From assembly GCA_964510585.1 (NCBI GenBank), contig CAZECW010000131.1, positions 1-15,978 on the forward strand: a stretch of DNA of 15,978 bases, read 5' to 3'. This DNA is from an uncultured archaeon (GTDB taxonomy: Archaea > Asgardarchaeota > Jordiarchaeia > Jordiarchaeales > Jordiarchaeaceae). Below are positions 1 through 7,277 of this stretch, in pieces (within the stretch, counting starts at the first letter, position 1; the number at the start of each line of letters is the position of its first letter). A model generated the notes under the pieces. The model was given only the letters and a program-made list of their open reading frames with translations, searched no databases and had not been told where the DNA came from. The translations under genes and the position numbers were made by a program.

Positions 1-136
1 TGCGTCTTGTTTAGCCCCTTAAAGCCCAAGCCAAACCCTTCAGCTACCAACAACTATTTATATACCATACTTTCAAATAAACTTTCTGGCGATTCATCCC
101 CACGACTAAAGTCGGGGGCTTTCTCGCCAAGGTTTT
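1..136 (-). mobile_element. Left end of an IS200/IS605-family insertion sequence (rest of element lies beyond the left window edge)
   Basis: The minus strand reads TTAC-AAAACCTTGGCGAG-AAAG-CCCC CGACT TT AGTCG T GGGG-ATGAA. This is a target tetranucleotide (TTAC, 137-140), a guide AAAG (119-122) and an imperfect hairpin with one bulged base (98-118). It matches the layout I recall for the IS608 left end (TTAC ... AAAG CCCCTAGCTTTTAGCTATGGGG). An outer stem TGGCGA/TCGCCA (87-92/124-129) extends the hairpin. The boundary is uncertain by about 1 nt and no transposase gene is in the window. Confidence 0.75.
55..64 (-). promoter_or_regulatory. Putative TATA box inside the IS end, pointing off the left edge
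   Basis: TATATAAATA on the minus strand just inside the hairpin. The only open minus frame at the edge reads (TTG 29-27) GFKGLNKT..., too short to identify. Confidence 0.35.
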
Positions 137-241
137 GTAAAAAGAGTATATATCCTCCAATTATTTTGTTGTACTTGTCTAATTTAAATTATATAACCAT
201 ATTTTTTAATTTTTTAACTCTTCGAAACATACAAGTATAAA

Positions 242-249
242 TTTATAAA
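242..249 (+). promoter_or_regulatory. Putative TATA box of the esterase gene
   Basis: TTTATAAA about 57 nt upstream of the TTG start, with SD-like GGGAGAGGA at 291-299. Confidence 0.5.
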
Positions 250-305
250 CTCGGGCTGAGAACACTATTACAACTTAGGTCATTTAGGTTGGGAGAGGAA
301 GCTTA

Positions 306-1430
306 TTGTCTGAAAAAGATTCTAGGGAAAGATTTAGAATAGATGTTATTCACTCCAAGAGCTTGGAGGGTAACCCCATCAATAGCCCTGTGGACCGCGA
401 CTTATCCATTTATCTTCCCCCTGACTATTTTGATTCTGGGGATAAAAGGTATCCTGTGATTTATTTTTTGCAGGGGTATACTGGAAATAATAAGCGTTGG
501 ACTGTGACTTCGCGTCTGGAGGATAACCTGCTTATTCCTGTAGCTTTTATTCCCAAGGATGTTCTTGCAGAAATGGATTTGGACCGGCTGCCTTCATTTG
601 AAAAATTTGACAGACTCATACAAAGCGGAGAACTCGACCCATTTATCTTTGTGCAGCCAGATGGCAGTCTGCATCTGCCAAATAAGGACGGTCTTAAAAA
701 TCCTACTGGGCAGCTGGAAACAAAGGGAAGCTACTATCTTAACTCCCCATACACGGGTAACTTCGAGGACTACGTGGTGAAGGATGTCATAGAATATGTG
801 GATGCAAATTACCGTACTATATCCGATAAACAGCATCGAGGCTTGATTGGCGGTTCTATGGGGGGATATGGAGCTATGGTGATGGCTATTCATCACCCGG
901 AGAAATTTGCGGCCTGTGTGGTTTTAAGTCCTGCGAATTTAACTGCTGATGTGCTTAATTTGAAGGTGGTTATTCCCATCCATGAGAGGCTTTTTGGAAG
1001 GGAGAGAGCTGCAGAGTATGGTTCCCTGTTGTGGAGCGATATTCTGCACACTGCAGACCTGGTATGCTCAAGGGATAAACCACTAATGCCCACAATTAAA
1101 CGAAATAAAAATGGGGAAATCATCGGCTGGGACGAAGAAGCCTACAACAACCTGTACAAACATAACCTCAACTACATGATTAAGGAAAATCCAAACGCCC
1201 TGAAACAGGTAAAATTGATGCTCAAAACTGCAGCCAACGATGAATTCATGATAGCGAGAGTAACCGAAGAAATTCATAAAACATTAGTAGAGCGGGGAAT
1301 AGAACACGAGTATGAAATATACTCTGACCCCAAAGCCGCTCTGTCTCCACACATTATTGGAATCTCATACAATGTTATTCCGGGAATAAAGTTCTGCCTG
1401 CGACAATTCCCAAAGAGAAGAGCATTGTAA
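306..1430 (+). CDS. Alpha/beta-hydrolase, putative esterase (esterase/Fes-like family), 374 aa
   Basis: N-terminal family motif R-x-L-x-IYLPPDY...YPVIYFLQG; nucleophile elbow GGSMGGYG; candidate triad Asp (ANDE) and His (LSPH). TTG start with SD. Substrate unknown. Confidence 0.88.
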   Translation: MSEKDSRERFRIDVIHSKSLEGNPINSPVDRDLSIYLPPDYFDSGDKRYPVIYFLQGYTGNNKRWTVTSRLEDNLLIPVAFIPKDVLAEMDLDRLPSFEKFDRLIQSGELDPFIFVQPDGSLHLPNKDGLKNPTGQLETKGSYYLNSPYTGNFEDYVVKDVIEYVDANYRTISDKQHRGLIGGSMGGYGAMVMAIHHPEKFAACVVLSPANLTADVLNLKVVIPIHERLFGRERAAEYGSLLWSDILHTADLVCSRDKPLMPTIKRNKNGEIIGWDEEAYNNLYKHNLNYMIKENPNALKQVKLMLKTAANDEFMIARVTEEIHKTLVERGIEHEYEIYSDPKAALSPHIIGISYNVIPGIKFCLRQFPKRRAL

Positions 1431-1433
1431 AGA

Positions 1434-1610
1434 TTAGCATCTCACCATACGGGTTTCACACTTGGGACATTTGATATCTTTACACGATTCTCCCTCTTTT
1501 AGTGGCACCATCTCTCCACAGCACAGGCACAAGGCGAGGCCGCCCGGACCCACAGCATAGATGGGACCCCTTAGACAGATTTTGTCTTTTCCCCGGCCTT
1601 TACTACTCAT
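1434..1610 (-). CDS. Small Cys-rich putative zinc-binding protein, 58 aa (not in the ORF track)
   Basis: Hand translation: MSSKGRGKDKICLRGPIYAVGPGGLALCLCCGEMVPLKEGESCKDIKCPKCETRMVRC*. ATG at 1610-1608, SD GGAGGT at 1622-1617, TAA at 1436-1434, 3 nt from the esterase stop (convergent). Resembles the small GPGG-x-C-x-C-P-x-C-G...C...CPxCG-x-x-M-x-R proteins. Confidence 0.8.
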   Translation of the reverse strand: MSSKGRGKDKICLRGPIYAVGPGGLALCLCCGEMVPLKEGESCKDIKCPKCETRMVRC

Positions 1611-1867
1611 AAACCTACCTCCTAAAAATAAATCAACCCAGTAGACCTCAATTACCTATCCATTATGAGAGTTGAATTTTACCAAAAATAATGGAGGAGT
1701 GGTACTAAATAAAATTACCTCTTAAAGTTTACCTTTTAATTGATAATGTTTCGGTTGTGTAAATTAAAAGCAGACTATGGTTTATGAACAATAATTGCTT
1801 TAGGAGTCTTCTTAAAGAGAAGCCCTATTACAAAAATTTGCTACTTTTAATAATTTCACTGGTTTAT

Positions 1868-1916
1868 TGAAATTTTTTCAAATTAACATTGTAAAATTGC
1901 AAAAAATTCACCAAAA
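1868..1916. repeat. AT-rich motif cluster shared (inverted) with 7123-7180
   Basis: 1894-1912 AAATTGCAAAAAATTCACC matches the reverse complement of 7151-7169 at 18/19. 1871-1884 equals the reverse complement of 7165-7178 (14/14). 1891-1901 equals the reverse complement of 7123-7133 (11/11). Confidence 0.5.
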
Positions 1917-2124
1917 CAATAAAAAATTGAAAAAAATAAAATTATGCAATGAGGCATAATAAGGAACCAAATGGAGGTTCTTTGTAGGAATTAAAAGTTC
2001 AGTGCTTCTTAGTTATTTAAAAATTTTTACAACTGAGTATTTTGAAATTTTTGGAAAAAAGTGTTTTTGATTCGTGAAATGAATCAACTATGTAAAATTA
2101 AAAAATTGAAGAAGAATTTTCAGA

Positions 2125-2589
2125 TTAATATCTTCTTCCTCTACTTCTATCACTTCTGTATGGTCTGGATCCCCCATATCTGGATCCTGAATCGCCATAG
2201 CTTGGTCTGTATCGTCTTTCCTGCTCGTAAACCTTGTCCGAGAGGTTGTTTTCGTTGTTTACTTCCATTTCTTCGCCGTCTTCGACTTCCTCGAGGCTTC
2301 CGTATTTGCCAATGTTGAGCCTTAAGGAATTCTTGAATACTGATGTGTAGCCGTTGTTAAGTTTGTAGATGTGGTTTTCTTTCACCTTGTCTATGTCATC
2401 ATTCCAGAGGGACAATAAAATGGTTCCCGAACTGTCGCCCACTAGGGCTTCGGTGACCCTCAAGCTCTCACCGGTTCTTCTTGACACAACTTCTCTTTCT
2501 TCGTTTAGTGATTTTACTTTGAATTTTACATTTATGCTCTTAAGACCTGGTCTTAAGTTCTCAATAATTAAATCTTGTGGTTCAATCAT
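2125..2589 (-). CDS. ssb: Single-stranded DNA-binding protein, single OB fold (crenarchaeal SSB-like) with R/G/Y/S-rich C-terminal tail, 154 aa
   Basis: I-x-x-LRPG-x-x-x-INV-x-FKV, VGDSSGTILLSLWN and GYTSVFKNSLRLNIGKYG are OB-fold features of Sulfolobus-type SSB. Low-complexity tail RRYRPSYGDSGSRYGGSRPYRSDRSRGRRY. Confidence 0.9.
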   Translation of the reverse strand: MIEPQDLIIENLRPGLKSINVKFKVKSLNEEREVVSRRTGESLRVTEALVGDSSGTILLSLWNDDIDKVKENHIYKLNNGYTSVFKNSLRLNIGKYGSLEEVEDGEEMEVNNENNLSDKVYEQERRYRPSYGDSGSRYGGSRPYRSDRSRGRRY

Positions 2590-2685
2590 TTCAATTCATC
2601 TTTTTAAACAAACTTTAGAAAAAGAGTCTATAGGCTAAAAGTCAGCCCTAAACGTTTTTCTATGCATACAATGAAGCACTCCGCG

Positions 2686-2693
2686 TATATAAA
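2686..2693 (-). promoter_or_regulatory. Putative TATA box of ssb copy 1
   Basis: The minus strand reads GAAAAGG-TTTATATA (purine-rich BRE-like run plus TATA), about 97 nt upstream of the ATG. Confidence 0.5.
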
Positions 2694-2808
2694 CCTTTTC
2701 GGAAACCAACACGCAGAACTGAATCCACCCGGAGAAAATGTCCTCACCAGAAATTTTAATACCACTCTTCACCTGCTTAAATACATTAGTGAAATTATAG
2801 GTGTTTAG

Positions 2809-3444
2809 ATGGCTGAATTTGAAATAGTGGTGCCTAACTCAGCAGATAGGTACGATGAGTTTCTGGAACTTTTCGACCGACGAATAAAAATTTCTAGTCT
2901 CAAGAGGGTGGCTAGATTGGGAAGGGCGTCTTGGGATTTCAGTGGAGGCTTTCTTTCTAAGGGGAGTTTGCAAGTTTACCTGAGGGGAAATGATATTTGT
3001 TGTAGGGTAAGCACAGAGATAGAGGCTTTTCTCATAGTTATAGTCATGATTTTAAACTTGTTAATTGGCCTAATTTTTCTGGCCGTCGCCCTGGGAAACC
3101 AGAAAAAAATTGAGAGGGAAATAAGAATAGCCGTGGAGAGTGCAACAACACAAATTTTAATTAGCGCTTCCAAGAAACCCTTCAAAATACCAGTCGTGGA
3201 AGAAGAAAAAACCATGGACTGCCCGGGCTGCGGTAAAGCTTTACCCGAAGATGCAAACTTCTGCCCCCATTGCGGATTCCAACTGAAGTGTATGGTCTGC
3301 AACCTTCCTCTGGGCAGAGACAAAATCATTAGATGCCCCTACTGCTCCAGTCTAGCACATAGAGACCACCTTCTGGAGTATATCAAAGTAAAAGGAAAAT
3401 GTCCAATTTGCGGAAAAAAATTGAAAAAAGACGAATTAGTTTGA
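2809..3444 (+). CDS. Membrane-anchored protein with zinc ribbon and C-terminal RING-like domain (Prok-RING-like), 211 aa
   Basis: Hydrophobic stretch at aa 73-95; zinc ribbon C138/C141/C152/C155; eight-ligand C161-x2-C164-x11-C176-x2-C179-x4-H184-x2-H187-x10-C198-x2-C201. SD-like AGGTG before the ATG. Confidence 0.85.
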   Translation: MAEFEIVVPNSADRYDEFLELFDRRIKISSLKRVARLGRASWDFSGGFLSKGSLQVYLRGNDICCRVSTEIEAFLIVIVMILNLLIGLIFLAVALGNQKKIEREIRIAVESATTQILISASKKPFKIPVVEEEKTMDCPGCGKALPEDANFCPHCGFQLKCMVCNLPLGRDKIIRCPYCSSLAHRDHLLEYIKVKGKCPICGKKLKKDELV

Positions 3445-3480
3445 CTTCACAATTTGGCTTTTACTCTTCCCTGCTTTAGA

Positions 3481-3487
3481 TTTTTTT
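3481..3487 (+). terminator. Candidate oligo(T) terminator
   Basis: T7 run 36 nt after the RING-gene stop. Confidence 0.35.
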
Positions 3488-3666
3488 AAGCTCATCCTCC
3501 ATTGTGATTCTTCGCTAGAGCTAAAATTTATTGAAAAATCAGGTTTGCCTCGTGCATAGGGGCAACTATATTTTTAGGGCTCGTCCCTAATTAAGGTAGA
3601 TTAGAAACTTTTTTAACCAAGAATAAATAGAAATTTTAATAATTTATACCTCGGAGTGGAGATGAA

Positions 3667-4917
3667 TTGAGTTTTGCTGAGACACTGAAATGTTTGGAGT
3701 GCGGTAAGGAATATCCCTTCGATGAAATAATTTACAATTGTGGAAGCTGCGGAAGCAAGGGTCTCTTCCATGGCACTGTTGATGTGATCTACAATTTAGA
3801 GGGAGCAAAAGAGAAAATAGATAGGAAAGTTCTTGAATCCCGCCACCCATCAGTCTGGAAGTACTTTGAGCTTCTACCAATACTCGATGATTCAAACATA
3901 GTTTCCCTCGGCGAAGGTGGAACCCCACTAGTCAAATGCAACGGATACGCTAGGGAAACAAAATCGAAAAGCCTGTATATGAAGAATGAATTCGTTAACC
4001 CCACATTGAGCTTCAAAGACAGAGTTTTTACAGTGAATATTTCCAAGGCTGTAGAGTATGGTGTGAATACCATTGTTATGGCTTCCTCTGGAAACGCAGC
4101 TACGGCAGCCTCAGCCTACTGCGCTAAAGCCGGACTAAACTGCTACATCTTCATACCAGGTGAAGCCTCACTGCCAAAAATCGCAAACATAATCATGAAT
4201 GGGGCGAAAACAATTAAGATTAAGGGAACAGTCGTCAATGCCGCAGTTCTGGCTGTGGAGGCAAGCTGGAAGTGGGGCTGGTACCAGTTAACCACAGCAA
4301 AAGCCCTCAGCCCCTATCAGGGAGAGGGATCAAAAACCATAGCCTACGAAATATGTGAACAGCTAGGCTGGAATGCTCCAGACTGGGTTTTTGTACCAAT
4401 GGGTGGAGGGGACAACATTGGGGGGATATGGAAGGGATTCAAAGAATTCCACGAACTTGGATTCATAGACACCCTTCCAAGAATGGTGGGCGTACAGGCA
4501 GAAGGAGCTGCAACAATAGTAAACACCTTCAACCAGGGAAAAGACTACACAGAAGCACCCATGGAGGAAGCAAAAACAATAGCTGAAGGAATACGCGCCG
4601 GCGTCTGCCCCGGACCATGGCCCCTCATGACTCTCAGAGAGTCTAAGGGAATAGGTGTAGCTGTATCCGACAAGGAGATTTTGGAAGCAGAAAAAATGCT
4701 GGCAAAAACAGAGGGAATATTCTGCGAACCATCCTCAGCAGCGGCAGCAGCTGGCTTCAAAAAACTTAGAGAGCAAGGAAAAATTGACGGAACCGACATA
4801 GTGGTTTGTGTACTAACAGGTGCGGGATTAAAGGACATTGAAGCCGCTATGAAACTCATTGAGGAACCCCCAGAAATAGAGCCAAAAATAACGGAGCTAG
4901 AAAAACTAGTAAAGTAA
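3667..4917 (+). CDS. thrC: Threonine synthase-like PLP enzyme (fold type II) with N-terminal zinc ribbon, 416 aa; exact activity uncertain
   Basis: CxxC...CxxC N-terminus; LGEGGTPL; PLP lysine motif NPTLSFKDR (K117); SSGN; EGxKT; EPSSA; LTGAGLK. TTG start after GGAGTGGAG. Several substrate-binding positions are non-canonical (see findings). Confidence 0.8.
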   Translation: MSFAETLKCLECGKEYPFDEIIYNCGSCGSKGLFHGTVDVIYNLEGAKEKIDRKVLESRHPSVWKYFELLPILDDSNIVSLGEGGTPLVKCNGYARETKSKSLYMKNEFVNPTLSFKDRVFTVNISKAVEYGVNTIVMASSGNAATAASAYCAKAGLNCYIFIPGEASLPKIANIIMNGAKTIKIKGTVVNAAVLAVEASWKWGWYQLTTAKALSPYQGEGSKTIAYEICEQLGWNAPDWVFVPMGGGDNIGGIWKGFKEFHELGFIDTLPRMVGVQAEGAATIVNTFNQGKDYTEAPMEEAKTIAEGIRAGVCPGPWPLMTLRESKGIGVAVSDKEILEAEKMLAKTEGIFCEPSSAAAAAGFKKLREQGKIDGTDIVVCVLTGAGLKDIEAAMKLIEEPPEIEPKITELEKLVK

Positions 4918-4951
4918 CAAGCTCTCTATGCTCCATCATTATCGATCCTAA

Positions 4952-4958
4952 TTTTTTT
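4952..4958 (+). terminator. Candidate oligo(T) terminator
   Basis: T7 run 34 nt after the thrC-like stop. Confidence 0.35.
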
Positions 4959-5592
4959 CTACCGATTCCCCTAAATTCCTGCATCCTAAACTTAAGCTAA
5001 ACAGTTCTGTGAATCGAAACTGGATTCCGTACTAAGAAAAAGAAAACACATAGAAAAAAGAATGAAAAGAGGGGGCAGCTATTTTTCGGATTGCTTATAA
5101 CAAGCCGTTAATACTCCCTACATACAACAAGTGTGCAGGAGAATCAGTTTCGGATGTATTTTTCTCTTGTTTAGTTTGTATATTCTCCGCAGCGTTTATA
5201 GTGTGTTATCTTTTCTTAGACGTTTTAATTGGAGCGGATCTCCCTGGGCTTTTCTTGTGGCAGATCACTAATCTTCCAAGGAGTATCTCCCAGTAGACTA
5301 GTGTTTTTTCCCCAATCGTGATTGTACCCCAGCCTGATTCCACTCAGTCGACTTCTGAGGTAGACATCCCTAAGCAGGTCTCAATAACCTCCATACTACA
5401 AACTTAAAGCTAAGTCTGTAAATGCCCCTCCTTGCCCTCAATAACACGTGAATCTTTTAACAGGCATACTTGAACTATTAGCCACCCTGGGAAATAAAAC
5501 TTATTCGATTCACAAAAAGAGTTAATGATTTCAAGTCTTCTATTTGGGAAGTGGTCTGCAAGGTATGTTGAAACTAAAATAAAAAAGGGGAG

Positions 5593-7038
5593 TTATTTCT
5601 CCCTTGCTGCTTTTCCGGTTTCCCTTACGAACGCTGCCAAGATAGGTATTATTGCCATGAGGATTGTGAAGAACACAGCAGCCCCAAAGAATGTTCCAGG
5701 CATCTGAATTAATGGCGGTGGAGCAATGAGATAGTAATAAACAGGGTTCATGAGCACACTTGACCAGTAATTTGCAAGGATGACATGATTGTAGAACAAC
5801 TCAGCTATGATGTAGGAAAAAGACGATTCCTGGAAGAGGCCCCCCACAAGTGGAAGCACAGCGCTTCCGAGGTGCCCCATAGTGAGCATTATGCCTAGAC
5901 CCAAACCTGCAAGCATAGGTCCCACTGCTCTTAGTTCAACCATCGTTTCGAATAGGACAGGAGCGAGTGCAAGTAGGAAGAAGCCAAAAATCGCAGCCGA
6001 GATGAGGAGAACGTTGCCAGATTGGGTTCCCAAAAGGTAAACCATGGGTATACAGATGATTGGCAGCGTCAGAAGGAAAGGTTTCCTCCTCTGAACTCTG
6101 TCAGAAAACCACGGAATTAAAAGCATACCGACACTTCCGGTGAGGGTGATTACACCCGAGACGAGACCGCCAGTCGTTTGTTCTAAGCGGATGAAAATGA
6201 AGGAGTACTGTGGCGCATACATTGAGATGTAAAGCTCAATCAGCTTCTGAATTAGGGGTGCATTTGACCATGCCATTCGCTCAATGAAGTCGGTTAGGAA
6301 AATGTAGATTCCAAAACCTAAGAAGAAAGCAGATGCGAGCAGCCAGTAGTCTCTAGAACCAGCTATCCTTGAAAGCCCTTCCCTTAGAGGAACAGGTTTC
6401 GTTTCCTCCCAAGGCTCCGGAGGCAGTTCAGGTGCTTCACGAGCTATCACGAAGAATATTACGGTTATTATCGCTGCGACAAAGCCATAGACTAGGAGTG
6501 CATTTTGAAGACTCGTTCGTGGAGCATACTCACCAAACATAGATATGAGCAAGGGTGTGACTATTAGACCCACAACCATTCCCAGATTGTTGGCGAACAT
6601 TCCCAGACCTTGAGCCAGTGCCCTTTCACCTGAGGGGAACCAGTTCACGGCTGCTTTGGTTAGGCTAACAAAGATGAAGGCCATCGCCACTCCTTGGAGG
6701 AACTGGAAGAATAGAAGCCAGTTTATGTCGGGTGAGAAAACCCTGACTATACCCACAGTGGTAGTTAGTATAGCTCCGGCTCCGGTGCAGAAAACCCATC
6801 CTCTCTTGTCCACCAAAACCCCTATGGGAATACTGACGATTATCTCAGCGATGAGAGAAATTATAACTAGAAGTGTTATCGCCGTCTCACTTACCCCGGT
6901 GAGGAAGAATGCCTGTCTTACAGTTGAGGATATGGGTGCGAATGCGAGCCAGATAGGCTGAGCTATAAACCACACCAAGCAGTAGGCAAGAATTGCAACC
7001 CAGCGGTACCTATAAACCTGATACTTAGCAGAAGACAT
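5593..7038 (-). CDS. Major facilitator superfamily transporter, 481 aa (SLC49/FLVCR-like N-terminal motifs)
   Basis: About 12 hydrophobic segments; motif A-like GVLVDKRG and its C-half copy WFSDRVQRRK; WFPSGERA; N-terminal YxVYRYRW. Substrate unknown. Confidence 0.92.
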   Translation of the reverse strand: MSSAKYQVYRYRWVAILAYCLVWFIAQPIWLAFAPISSTVRQAFFLTGVSETAITLLVIISLIAEIIVSIPIGVLVDKRGWVFCTGAGAILTTTVGIVRVFSPDINWLLFFQFLQGVAMAFIFVSLTKAAVNWFPSGERALAQGLGMFANNLGMVVGLIVTPLLISMFGEYAPRTSLQNALLVYGFVAAIITVIFFVIAREAPELPPEPWEETKPVPLREGLSRIAGSRDYWLLASAFFLGFGIYIFLTDFIERMAWSNAPLIQKLIELYISMYAPQYSFIFIRLEQTTGGLVSGVITLTGSVGMLLIPWFSDRVQRRKPFLLTLPIICIPMVYLLGTQSGNVLLISAAIFGFFLLALAPVLFETMVELRAVGPMLAGLGLGIMLTMGHLGSAVLPLVGGLFQESSFSYIIAELFYNHVILANYWSSVLMNPVYYYLIAPPPLIQMPGTFFGAAVFFTILMAIIPILAAFVRETGKAAREK

Positions 7039-7090
7039 TCCACATCATCCACAGGACTAATTTTTAGGAGTGTCATTTGATATCACTTTT

Positions 7091-7098
7091 TATATAAA
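7091..7098 (-). promoter_or_regulatory. Putative TATA box of the MFS gene
   Basis: TTTATATA on the minus strand, within palindromic TTTATATAAA (7089-7098), 53 nt upstream of the ATG. Confidence 0.5.
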
Positions 7099-7122
7099 GA
7101 TTTCTTTTCAATCGCTGTGTTG

Positions 7123-7180
7123 TGCAATTTTACTTTTCGGTTTCGTTTTTGGTGAAATTTTTGCAATTTGAAAAAATTCA
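7123..7180. repeat. Second copy of the AT-rich motif cluster (see 1868-1916)
   Basis: Contains 13-bp imperfect palindrome TGAAATTTTTGCA (7153-7165) and TGAAAAAATTCA (7169-7180); matches 1868-1916 in reverse orientation. Confidence 0.5.
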
Positions 7181-7277
7181 AAAAAGGTAATTAAATTTTG
7201 AGAAAAGTTCTGAAAAAGATTATTTTGAGACTAAAATTCGTCAGGGATATTCTTTCTGAATGAATGGTTTCTAAAAT

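Noticed and set aside
7-240. 77-aa plus-strand ORF in the track
   Set aside because: Runs across the IS hairpin and AT-rich promoter DNA, with no recognisable motif.
1620-2120. Long AT-rich intergenic region as a replication origin
   Set aside because: No ORB repeats with G-strings and no cdc6/orc1 gene in the window.
3545-3590. Two small hairpins upstream of the thrC-like gene (e.g. TTAGGG-CTCGT-CCCTAA, 3574-3590)
   Set aside because: Stems are short and no riboswitch or leader peptide is recognisable.
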